Shown here one piece after another: positions 1-11,615 of a DNA stretch of 64,000 bases. Each line of letters opens with the position of its first letter. The first letter of the stretch is position 1. The notes below the pieces were generated by a model. The model was not told the DNA's origin. It worked only from the letters and a program-made list of their open reading frames with translations, and ran no database searches. Source of the stretch: Diadema antillarum (Eukaryota); NCBI RefSeq assembly GCF_040938485.1, contig NW_027270972.1, positions 558,001 through 622,000 on the forward strand. Reading direction: 5' to 3'. Position numbers and translations under genes: made by a program.

Positions 1-1639
1 AACACTTCTCCTATTAGGCTATGACGAGCATTTGGACAAAGGTCCCATATATTTTGCATTGGTTTACAGCACATGTTTGTTAGTTGCCCTGAGCAAGGTG
101 GTTTGCAGCACCCCGCCATGGTATTCACAATCAGAACTATGACAAGATGATTACAATAGAATCATCTTTCTGACAAGCAGAGACTCCAGCTCTTCTGCTT
201 AGAACTGCAATTTTCACAAAATTGTTCACAAAATTTCCCACTCTCCTGCTTGAATTTGAATTTTGCCAGCCCTAATACCAATGTAGAGCTTGTATGTCTC
301 CTGCTTAAAGTATAGCTTTCTTCCACCCAAGTTTAGTTTTGTCATACAGGTACATGTTCCCCAATAAGGCTATTAAGAGAGCACCAGAGAGCATATAAAC
401 CTGAGCTAGACCCCAGAGTAGGGTGTTTAACCCAGTGAAGTGGTCCTGCCTCACATCCAACTGGATCCTATGGAAGACCAACTCGTGTGGCTGATTCATG
501 GGCTATCCAAACATCATCTCAGATGCAAAATGACACAAAGCAAAACAGGCTCACAAGAGCTGTATCCTTTTTACAGGACTTCAAATAATCTTTGAAGTGA
601 ATGAACGATGTCATTTAAAATCACACTACATCTTCTGAGTGTTTAATCACAGTTCAATGATGTTGTTGTTGTTGTTGTTTTTTGCCTGTATTTGTTTCAG
701 TACACATAGAAGGGTATTTTCCATGGTTCCTTCCTTGTTGAGTGTCAATCAACGGAAGCTCTTCATCCATGACATGCTGGCTGGCTGGCTGGCTGACAGA
801 ATTATGACATGTTTGAAACCACTCAGCTACACTTTGATTGGAGTGGGTACCAATGTCTTGTGATTGTGATGAGCATAATAGAAGGGTGTCCTAACTGTCA
901 CAAGACCTGGGAATAATGGCATGGTGTGTTTGCTCATCTTCACACATGTACAGAACATTCTCACACAGCTTTGAGAATGCAAACATTTACCGGTACAAAC
1001 TCCCACCACAGCCAGTTATCCTCAGTGCAAGGAGATTCTGCTATAAACAGCTGAAGCATACCTTTTTCTTACAATGCTTGGTTGTAGTCTCTGAGTTTTG
1101 AGTGATTCTATATCTATCTAAAACTGTGGCTTATGCATGGATCATGTTTGCGATTGTGAATAAGAATAACTGCATCTGATTCTATTGAACCCAAAAAAAT
1201 CAATGGGCTACGGTTAAATGGTCATTTATAAAGTGATGACAGGGGCTTTATTTGGGCAGAGTGACAACAAACTACTGAAATGATGCTTATAATATTATAT
1301 CAGAATATACAGTGACTAGAAAACATTAAATCATTAACTCTCTCTCTCTCTCTTTCATTCCTGTTATTTGTGTGTGTGTGTGTGTCTGTTTTTGTTTTTG
1401 TTTTTTGCTTTCTAAAGCTGGAGTCTTGTATAGTCTTGTATAGTGAAATGAACTATGGGAAGTGATATTTAATTCATTCCTACAAGTGGCATAATTTCAA
1501 TTATCATTACAAAATAATGGCATTATGAGGGTTAAAGCAGTTTGAATGAAGGTAAATTTGAAGAAGGTGAGAAAATAAATATCTCAACTTTCCTTGCTCT
1601 CATTTTATACAATCCCAGTAGATCACTACAAAATGATGT

Positions 1640-1719
1640 ACTTGTCAGTAACAAGTAAAAAAAAAAAAAGGTCCTCAGCTCATCTCTCCCCTTCAACTTC
1701 CATGTTTCTTCAGCTGATA

Positions 1720-1750
<31 letters not shown>

Positions 1751-1972
1751 GGTCTTCAGCGCAAAAACATCACCTTATTAGGCTCACACTTTAAAATCTC
1801 AATCTATTTATTTTTGGTCCACTTACATGTATGTACATTGTACTTCCGGGTTAAAAAAAGTGGGGGGGGGGGGCCCAAAGTGATGACATCTTATGTATTC
1901 CTTTGTATGGTGCACAAAAAGTGGCCGGGGCTGACCCCCCCCCCCCCCCCCCCCCAGTTCCGCCAGCCATGC
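1640..1972. repeat. Interspersed repeat (TCAGCTGA..A-run..GGTCTTC units ending GTTCCGCCNGCCATG); second copy about 7864-8385
   Basis: Shared blocks CTTATGTATTCCTTT(G/A)TATGGTGCA and GTTCCGCC(A/G)GCCATG in both copies. Confidence 0.75.
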
Positions 1973-1987
1973 TTGTAGGAATCATAT

Positions 1988-2480
1988 TAGGCGTTTTTAC
2001 ATCAGCCCGATAAAAATCCAAGCTCGAGATATTTTTCGCGATTGCGCATTAGTGCGCTATTTCATCACCTATTCACATCAGCCCAAAGAGAATTAGCACG
2101 AACTTTTTTCGAGCTAATTCGACAGCTGAGCATGTGCAAACAGCATCAGCAATGTGTGCACTTTCAAAAATTCCTCATGAGTTGTGTGCAGTTTCCCTCG
2201 ATCGATCGGGTCACACACGCTATGCATGATGGGATGCATCGCGCTAATTTCTTGAGGCATTTTCACATGATCAAATAGCGCGCTAGTTCGCCAATTATCC
2301 CGCTATTTCAGAAATTTCCCGAGTTGGACTCGAGAAATTTTCTCGATCAGAGCGATACAATTAGCGCGCTAATTTGTGTTCACATTATGAAATAGTGCGC
2401 TATTTCGCGATCGGGTTAATTTCCCCAAGTCAGAAAATAGCGCGCTATTTCGTAACATCGGGCTGATGTGAAAACGCCTA
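1988..2480. mobile_element. MITE with TIR TAGGCGTTTTCACATCAGCCCGAT (full-length copy)
   Basis: Terminal inverted repeats visible; internal ATAGCGCGCTAT palindromes; short derivative at 39786-39897. Confidence 0.85.
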
Positions 2481-3220
2481 TTGTTTCAATAAATGAAGAC
2501 AATACTTTTATGCATAGGTGCAGGAAAGCAACAATGCATTGGGTTATATCATACCTAGGGCACAAGGAAACCTACTATTAAAGTAGTCCCCTTTGACATT
2601 ATCAATTGGTTTCACATTATTCTACTTTCTTACAATGACAGCTGTGCAGGTATTTTCCTAATACTGCACAGATCAGGCAGATATTTTGAGACAAAATATT
2701 CATTCCTGTCTTGACTTATGAGGGCTAGAGTATTTTAAAAAGAGTTTATTTGTCTGTACATTAAAATACTACTTCGACAGGCTATGTCAAATGTCAAATG
2801 ATTTCCGTCAAAAAACAGCACACTAGATTCAACTTAATTGTTACATTCACATTTGCTCTGAACAAGTAATCCCAGTACTAAGCAGCACAAGCTTTTGTTG
2901 AACACATTTAAGTAATTCTTCCTTGTTGAATACCCACGAAGTCTTGGCACTACAATGCATAAAACGAGCCTGACAGACACTCTCGAGACTGCTGATGGAA
3001 GAATGACCTTAAAGAAAAGTCAATTGGGATTCCCTTTCACTCTCACACGGCATTAAGCCATGTGATCAATTTTGCCAAAGATTTCCAAATAAGAGGGATT
3101 GACCTTCAGAGAAGATTTTTAAATACCGATCAATACCTAAGTAAACGACAGATATCTTTTGGAATAGAAATCTTTACTGCTTCCTGACTATAACATAATG
3201 GCTGCCACCTCAATTCTTAT

Positions 3221-3618
3221 AGGGATGGTACAGTTTTGGTTTAGACCGGCTGCAGGTTTCCAACTGTGTATAGTATGTGTGTATGTTTGTGAGGTAATGA
3301 TAAACCTCTTATGAAATATGAAAGAACATTTAATTCTTAGATATGAATTCACAATTTATTTGCATGAAAATTGGTCTTGAAATGGGTGAGACATCCAAAA
3401 AGCGATCCTAATGAAATGTGACAGGCCAAGACCTTATCAGGATCTCTTTGTTTTACCTTGTTTTTTGGATATTCAGTCATTTCAAAACTGATTTTCATCA
3501 AATAAGCTCTCAATTCCCCTAGAATGGTATGCTCTTTAACACTTCATAGAGTGGTTTCTAAGTAACTCGCAAAACGTTCAAACCGAGTCCTCACCTCAAC
3601 CAATAATATACCACCCCT
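3221..3618. mobile_element. TTAA-type (Kolobok-like) MITE, family A
   Basis: AGGGATGGTA...TACCACCCCT termini, TTAT/TTAA flanks; homologous to 18328-18715. Confidence 0.75.
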
Positions 3619-3648
3619 TTAATGGAGGATGTTGGTTCCAGAGAACTG

Positions 3649-3825
3649 GGCCCTGTTGCTAGAAACTTTGCGTTTAAACGCAACTTGCAACTGATTGTCA
3701 CTGGCCAATCAAAATCATTGTTGCATCCATGTCTTCTTAATAGGGCAGACCCTGAGCCAATCAGAATGGTTGTTTCAAAATTAGCAATTATTTGCAATTG
3801 ATTGCAACTTTCTTGCAACGGGGCC
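3649..3825. mobile_element. PIF/Harbinger-like MITE with CTG target duplication
   Basis: CTG|GGCCCTGTTGC...GCAACGGGGCC|CTG. Confidence 0.8.
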
Positions 3826-3834
3826 CTGGACCAG

Positions 3835-3954
3835 GAGCCTGTCTTATAAAGACTTGTGATAGAAATCAATCACAAGTTTTTTTGTGTGCTGCAATGCAAG
3901 TTGCGATTGATTTGGGGACTTGTGATTGATTTGAAGGCTTTATAAGACGGGGCC
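3835..3954. mobile_element. PIF/Harbinger-like MITE with CAG target duplication
   Basis: CAG|GAGCCTGTCTTATAA...TTATAAGACGGGGCC|CAG. Confidence 0.75.
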
Positions 3955-5186
3955 CAGACTGACTTAATTCTGATACTTGGTTGGAATGGTCTGAAGATTG
4001 AAATGGTTTTTAAATGAAGAATGGAACCTGTCTAAAAATTGCTAAGAAACGGTCAACAATTGTAGGCCCCTACCTTTCGGAAAAAAATAGATGTTAAGAA
4101 AACATCAATAAACCATGTCAACAGTGAACTCTGATATGCCACCAACACTATGGTGGACATTGGATTTATACAAGCAGCAAGCCAAAAAGAGTACCAAAAT
4201 GTAGTGACAAATGTCATAGCCATTCATCACAATAGAAACTAAATCTGCAAGAATCTTCCAGATTGAAGGAGGCAGAATATACAGAAGAAGAAGAAGGAGA
4301 ATCTGAGCAACCTCATCATCTGGTCCGGTCCATGAACCCTACTTGCTAAGCATGCTCGCACCTGGTTCCAACCCAAAGGTATCTAACAAAAGACTTGCAA
4401 TTACATCAACACTTCAGTACTCAACGAAATATATACCCCATTGTAGATTACAAAATGTACATTGTCAGCTTACACATTTCCTGTGTAATCATGAATTCTC
4501 AATGTCATCAGTATCCCTTTAAACAGATCTAATATACTCATCTTTGAAATAATATCATTTAGACATCACTGGAAAGATTCTCTAAAATACTAACTGAAGT
4601 CACCTTCTTGTTGAAAGTTTATGCGCAATATGCTTTGCAACAGTACACAAAGCTGTGACCATACACTTCTGGTGTTCAATAAGCAAAGATGATAACTACT
4701 AGTCTGTCTGTTCACTATTAAATGTCACCAATTTCTTTCTTCTATTTTTTCCATATAACAGATGAGCATTTCCGATGTTTTTAATTAATGAAGGACCATA
4801 CCTAGTGTTTCTTTGATCCTCGTTATATTTTGTTACTAGTTTTATAACTACTAAATTTATTTTCTCTTTTCATGAGTCCAAGTGCTGAAGTAGATCTGTC
4901 TTTTATTTATGTGTAGCTATAGCATGTACGTGTATGATTCATGCATGGAAAAAGAAAATCAAAATCAAATCAAATCTTCTACAGTAGGCCTACCTTTCTT
5001 GGACTAACTAGACTATATGGCACACCAACAGTGGTATATTACAAAGCTTGTGAGAGACGATACTGTGCTACGATTCAATTTCAACTTGTTAGTTAATTCA
5101 AGATTTAATACTGTTAGATAGAGTGTGGACAGATCTCTCTGAGTCTGACCTGTGTTAATTTGACAATTAAATGACCATGGGTCTAC

Positions 5187-5436
5187 CTGATTTGACAATG
5201 GATATGTTTCCATTTGCATTGAAGACCATGGTTTCGGGACAGAGTCGCATTTGTTTCATTCCCGTCCAAGACGACATAGGGAGGGACTGCAGAGCTGAAC
5301 AGCATTCTTTGCAAATAGCCCAGATCTCGTCGTCCGAGAAGTGACGCTTCCCGTGCTCCGTGGACGCGAGCTTCGCCAGGGACACGGGCACTTCGTCCCC
5401 GCCAGATCCGGAGCCAAGAGGAGATGCTTCCGCCAT
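5187..5436 (-). CDS. KNDC1: First coding exon of a KIND-domain protein (very-KIND/KNDC1-like); rest of gene not identified in window
   Basis: MAEASPLGSGSGGDEVPVSLAKLASTEHGKRHFSDDEIWAICKECCSALQSL...LCPETMVFNANGNISIVKS matches the KIND pattern (SL..I.....LSE.EIWA.C.EC; P.T..FN..GN). It ends at a phase-1 donor TCAG|gtagac. KNDC1 is preferred over Spire/PTPN13 from remembered similarity; needs BLAST. Confidence 0.65.
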
Positions 5437-5555
5437 ACCGGGTTAGTTTGCTCGATCAACATATCAGAGGAGATCGTTTCGAATTGCAATCGATGTCGGC
5501 CACAACATCTTGGGATGGGGGTATTCCTGGTATAAATCCTAAATTTGCCATGTCA

Positions 5556-5807
5556 CTGACAAAGAAACCGACAAAATGTGAGCAATGGATGTCATTGATG
5601 CAGACATACACGCGTGATGAACACCTGCTGTTTTTGGAGCTCTCAGCTCACTGCACTGACTTGAGCATGCAATACTGTATCGTCGTGGCCACTTGCAAGT
5701 GTTCTACTTTCTTCAAAACAATTTGTCCGTCCATCGGTTCAAACGATTCCTTTCCGCACCAATCAAACAGCCAAATGAAAAACAAACAAACAAACCTTCT
5801 AACTTAC
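5556..5807 (-). other. Candidate 5'-UTR intron of the KIND gene
   Basis: Minus-strand donor GTAAGT at 5807 and acceptor GGTTTCTTTGTCAG at 5556, upstream of the ATG at 5436. Confidence 0.4.
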
Positions 5808-7087
5808 AATATGATGACCAGAAAAGATGAATTTTAAAAACTCCACGAGAAGAAGAGTGCCGAGTGACTCTTTTATCTGCGTGCCTCTGCCAAGGAGGAT
5901 TCGATGGGCTTCTTTTCTGCGGACTTCATTAGATCAGAGGCTCCGCTTCCCATTGTAACGTGTACAATAACACCGTCACGTCCGTGGGAGCTTTGCTTGT
6001 CACGGTTGAGTGGCTCGCTCGGGAAGGTTTGTCTGCGGCGCGCTGGCATGGCACTCCCACACCTACCAGAGCAGGTATAAAAGGCTCTCTTTGCGTCGGG
6101 GCTTGGGTTGAGGGGAAAGATTCACGAATGCATCAACCAGGGAGGTGACCCACCTCCCTGCATCAACCTTCCTCAAACGCTTGTCACAAAGGAGCAATTT
6201 AAGCGAGCAAGGTAGCGTGGAGCGGGAAATACAATCACCACTCAGGGCATGATTCTCCGGCCCTAAAGACATGATCAATAATTTGTGCGTAATCCTATTA
6301 TCAAATCAGACTACAGAATGTACATAACCTCGGTAACGCACAAAAGAAAATAGGAAGTTGCAACAACGCCGTTTAGGGGATGGAGGTGGGGGAAGGGAGG
6401 GGTGCTCATAGGGCTTGAGGCGCCAAGCAGACTGCTGGGGGGGGGGGGGGGGGGGTGAAATTGACTACGTCATGTACTTTTGTTTCATTCCTGAAATGTG
6501 ATTCTAGGCGATTTCGGATGTAAGTACTGCCCTGGCACCTATACAGGTAAAGTCAGTTACACGTGCATTTCTTCCTCAATTTCTGATGACAAAGATTGGT
6601 GTGTATGTCGGCCCTATAATATGATTCAGCGACTAGAGGTAGGAAGATTGATGGCTGGAAAAGTGGGATAAAAATCATACCAGTACACCCCCCCCCCCCA
6701 CACACACACACACACACACCACTATGCACCACGGCGGACGGATCAAGGAGGTGGAGGGCGCATCGGGCGCGTACCTCTTTATTTTTATTTTTTGTTGAAA
6801 CAAAAGAAAAATAAAAGAGAAAAATGGGGATGGGGCGCGTCTTCCCCCTTCCTGGAATTCCTGGATCAGCCCCGGACCACAACCGTCCTTTGAGCAAAAT
6901 GTAGGTCAACGGAGCTGTCATGACGACGCAGTACATCATTTTACGATCGCACGAAGTGAGATAGTCCTATAATTTTCCACAACAAAAAAAAGAAACAGTA
7001 TACGATCCACTTATTTTCAACTTCAAGCGAAACTCGTGTAGATACATTCTCGTGTTTATTAACCACGCAGTTTAGTCAAGTGCAGCT

Positions 7088-7341
7088 CATGGGCGGATCC
7101 AGGATTTTGAAATGGGGGGGGGGGGCGCGGCGAGGGAGCGAAGCGACCGAGCGGTTTTTCAAAAAATCATGTTCGAAAGTCACAGTTTGAGAGCACTTTT
7201 AGAAGGAAAACGCTTGGCTAGGCCTTCATAATATTAGTCCTGTGAAAATATCTACGTAAAAAAATTTAAAAAAAGCCCGGCGAAAATACGAGGGGGGGGG
7301 CGCCCGGGAGCCCCTCCCCCCCCCCCATGGATCCGCTATTG
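7088..7341. mobile_element. GC-rich-ended MITE (CATGGGCGGATCCA...TGGATCCGCTATTG), hAT-like; decayed relative at about 6730-6871
   Basis: Terminal inverted GCGGATCCA with poly-G/poly-C subtermini; TSD not recovered. Confidence 0.5.
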
Positions 7342-7863
7342 GTTTGTGCGAAGTTGTGCGAAACTTGTATGAATGTCAGCGAGTAAGTGCAAAACAGCAA
7401 CAAACAACAAAGGCATATCATGAGATCCACAACCAGTCAGCACCGTCATATTACTTGGCAACTGGTATAACGATGATATCAATCTAAATCATAAAGCGCA
7501 AAACCTATATGTAGGTCTACTGATCATGCTATAATATACGGTGCAAAAGCTTTTGATGATACGAAGTATGCTCGCCAATAATGTACAGTTAAATGAAAAG
7601 TGTGATTTGAGTCTTGATTTAAAGACTGGAAGACTCGTCTATTATGTGACAGGTTCGCTTCCCGTGGTTCCTTTTTCCGACATGTTTGTTAAATCACATA
7701 TCAGGAGTTGAGATCATACTAATTTCATTTGTAGAGGGAGAACAACTTGAAGAAAAATCACACCTCAACCTTCACCCCTCTGCTTTATTATTCTATTGCT
7801 TTCAAAATCATATTCATCATCATGACTCTACTCATCAAGTGTTAAAGATTAGAGGAATAGCCA

Positions 7864-8385
7864 GTCATACAAATCACGTAAACACCGCCGGCGCCACGTT
7901 TTCAAAAGTGTGCGCGTTGGGGGCACTTCCGGGTTTCATGAGCTAACAAGCTAAAAAAAAAAAAAGGGGGGGGGGGGGGCCTTCAGCGCAACTTCTGGTG
8001 CCACTCCCGGGTTTCTTCAGCTGACTTATAGCAAAAAGAAGAAGAAAAAAAAAAAAGGGGGGGGGGGGTCTTCAGCTCATTCAGCTCATCTTTCTTTTAC
8101 ACTTCCGGTCCGGGTTTCTTCAGCTGACAAGCAAAAAAAAAAAAAAAAAGACAAACAAAAACAAAACAGAATAAAAAAAGGTCTTCACCGCAAAACAAAG
8201 CCTATACCGCGCTCACACTGAAGGTTTCGATCTATTTCTTTCTAGTGTCCCTAACGCACTTCCGGGGGAAAAAAATGTGGGGGGCCCAATTCAGTGGTGA
8301 CACCTTATGTATTCCTTTATATGGTGCAAAAAAGAAAGTGGGGGGGGGGGGGGGCGAGACCCCCACCCGGTTCCGCCGGCCATGG
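7864..8385. repeat. Longer copy of the 1640-1972 interspersed repeat
   Basis: Same unit structure and 3' block; left boundary approximate. Confidence 0.7.
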
Positions 8386-9144
8386 TAAATTTATTAATTC
8401 GCATTCTTTACAAATGAGTTTTATCATCATCCCCGGTCCCTGCAGTGAATGGCACAAACAAAAGGAAAACAGTTACATGTGAGACACTGAGGGCGCCCTA
8501 AGGATTTCTCCAGCAGTGCCGTACGGCACTATTCTCCAGCAGTGCCGAATGAGAGCACTTCACTGTTCTCCAGAACCGAAGGTCAGTTTCTTCCTGGTTT
8601 CTCGGACTGCCAGTGACTGTAACAGGATATTACAGTACGACGCACTGACAAGATGTTACCGTGCGTATTCAGTGCAAAATGTTTTTCATTATAATCAAGA
8701 AATTCTCATTACACATGCTGTAAACGTACCTGAACCATAGATGTCATTTTAACCATCAAAAATTATTCATTTTCTCATTACATGCTTCATTCATGAAATA
8801 CAGCATCAGTTGAGCAAGAAATTCAACTCACTCCCATATCAAGACATCTTTAATCTCTTGAGTGAAAACCGATGATATTTTGGCTGCAGCTGTAGATATC
8901 GATTATCAATTCCACAAATCGATCTGGTTATCAGCAAACTTTCGTATTCTCTCCTAATATCTGTATTCCTATATTATTTCTGTATGCATGTTCTGTTTAT
9001 TTGTCATGTATTTATTCGTTTATTTATTCATTCATTTATTTAGGTATTTATTCATTTATTTATTAATTCATCAATTTATTAATTTACTCAGTATGTCAGC
9101 ATTTTAAACATATTCTAATGTCTTTCACATGTCAATTTCAGTAG

Positions 9145-9270
9145 GTCTTTCGTCCTTACTCGAAGTACATCACGGGAAAGAGAGCGATCGCGATATCGAT
9201 GATTTGCCATGGGTTGTCATTCTTCGTCCCCATTATCAATGTCAGTTTGCAACAAACTACAAGCATCAGA
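9145..9270 (+). pseudogene. Decayed fragment of a paralog of the 16325 GPCR (ICL2/TM4 region)
   Basis: Translates VFRPYSKYITGKRAIAISMIC versus VCRPFSKYITGRRAIVMSITC in the intact GPCR; DNA similarity is visible by eye; no other TM segments seen around it. Confidence 0.8.
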
Positions 9271-9730
9271 TAGTTTTTCCGGGCAATTGTAGGTGGTATT
9301 GGGGCAATACAATTCCAGTTGGGGCAATAAATGTCGTATCCCCCTCATCTGGATCAAGGCCAGTTCATATTATATTAATGTTTCTTTTTATGCCTCCGGT
9401 TATGCCAAACTTTCAAACATGTCATTTATTCATTTCATAATTTTTTTTTTTCGCCAGTCATGTGAATCTGTCTTCTCGCTGCCGACTGCCCTAACCCAAA
9501 GATCGATGGGTAACTATGATAAAGACAAACTATTTTGTTACTGCTATTATACGGCGGTCAAGTGCATTATGACGATTGTCATATACTACACTACTTGGAA
9601 AGGCAAAGGCACTTTCAAGTAGACATGAGTAGGGGGGGGGGGGGGGGGCAGCCTAATTCAGAGTCCAGGCTGTCAACTCCAGAAGCAAGAGTCAGGTTTG
9701 CTAATCGGCAACGGAGAAGACATCGGTGAC

Positions 9731-9808
9731 AACTCTGTTAGTGAAATAGTCTCTGAACCAATGCAATGCTTGTGAGTCGAATCCATGATATCTTAATTTC
9801 TCAATGAC
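9731..9808 (-). mobile_element. 78-bp CR1/L2-type LINE reverse-transcriptase fragment
   Basis: Translates VIEKLRYHGFDSQALHWFRDYFTNRV, matching the KL..YG.....L.WF.SYL.NR motif of CR1/L2 RTs. Confidence 0.75.
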
Positions 9809-11050
9809 AGTCAGGTTTGCTAATCGGCAACGGAGAAGACATCGGTGACCCTTGTGAGTATCTGCAAGACAACATCCACTGCGACAGCCTTCAAGGAGAT
9901 TTCGACCATGCACGGAGATGGCCATAGTATAGTATAGTCGATGGTAAACCTCAAATCAATTTTTCGACAAAGGACATCGTGCACGTTTTAATTCGGGCAT
10001 AATACTTCACTAAAACGATCGGGTGAAACACCCTGCTCTTTGCGATGAATCCCTACCTATAAAAGATAGGTGATATTCTTGTTAAACACACGGGGATGCG
10101 GGAATAGAAATAGGTATAAAACAATGAAATGAAAATGAAATTTACTCGACTAAGCATGCCCGGGCACTAATCTGATATTTCTCTTAATGCAGAACTATAC
10201 ATGTAATGAAGATTATATTACAATGTCTGTCAGTTTCATTTGTCGGAAGTGACTGGAAAAACAATGAATTGAGGGGACAGTTTCAAACACTTTCATAACA
10301 TGTAACTAATATTCACACTTTTGGACATATCTCTGGACGGGATTTAATTTTGTCTCATTTATATGTTTTATCATCAGGTGAAATTTCACTTTATTTAATA
10401 CACAAACAAGCAAAATGTAGCCGACATTATGTTAGTGTTCAATATGAATCTTCAAATTGCTCGGCAAGACGGTGGCATAGAAACCCGATCATCAGAGGCA
10501 AGAATGCACCTGTGGAATTCTTTTGTACATCAATAGAAAACTGGCAACTCTTTGAACATTTACAGCCAGCTGAAATTCCATCCCCTAAACCTCCTTGGTT
10601 CGACCATGGAGGTTCAACGCAGGAAATTATGTTTGATGTTATTGCGACGCTTTCGACGGAAACGGGTGCAAGCGTGCATGACAAGAGCGATATGTGAATT
10701 CGTACTCCTATTGGCGAGTTTGGTTGCCCGGTAGCTAAATGGAATGCCGAATGGCGACTCTAACTGCCCATGACGAATTTCAATGACGATTGGCAATTTT
10801 GGCTGCTCTGTCTACAAAACTAAATGACGTATTTATATTCTTTAATGCACTATCTATACATGTAAAACTGAATGACCGATCTGTACTTTTGCGTGCACTA
10901 AGTGCGAAATTGAAATTGAACTTGAAAAGCGCATGTAGTTTTTTAGATTTCTCAAAGCGCCGTCTTGTTGTTATCCAGACTTGCTGTCAGCGTTCATGAT
11001 GAGATCAAAGCAGGAAAGCATGTTTAAAATGTTTTGCGATGCTTTTGACA

Positions 11051-11615
11051 GAAACAAGTACACCTTCATAAACATAAGGATTGAGAGAGTGCAGAAATAT
11101 TAGTACAACACATCATTGAAAGTTTGAGGAAAATTGGACAATCAATGCAAATGTTATATGGATTTTTAAAATGTTTGTGTTGGAACTGCTGGATGAGGAG
11201 ACTACTACATCTTGTGATGTCATATGCGTACAACAGTGTGAAGAAAATATAAAGAAAATTCAACATATTTTCACATTTTTGCATAATAAAAGAGCACTTG
11301 ACTTGCCTCTTTCTAAAGGCAGGAGGGATAATATTACTCATAACATACTATGTCAGTAACGAGTCAAGGGAATGTGTACTTTTTTCAAAAGATGAAATTT
11401 TGTGAAATTCTCTTTATATTTTCCTTATAATTATTGTTGTACGCATGTGGCATCATACACTGCAGTAGTCTTCTCATCCAGCAGTGACTGCACAAAAACT
11501 TCAAAAATTCATAACTTTTGAACGGATCGTCCGATTTTCCTCAAACTTTCAATGATGTGTTCTACTAATATTGCTACATTCTCTCAATCCTTATGTTTGT
11601 GAAGGTGAACTTAGT
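11051..11615. mobile_element. TTAA-type MITE, family B, diverged copy
   Basis: Colinear with 36443-37001; termini eroded, boundaries approximate. Confidence 0.75.

Noticed and set aside
1-4300. Several AG...GT-bounded open segments (about 390-470, 840-900, 990-1040, 2940-3010) as further KNDC1 exons
   Set aside because: None encodes the expected KIND continuation (F.xPE...VYSLG); indistinguishable from chance without RNA data.
5456-5551. 31-aa uORF in the KIND gene leader
   Set aside because: Depends on the unverified 5'-UTR intron model; recorded but not promoted.
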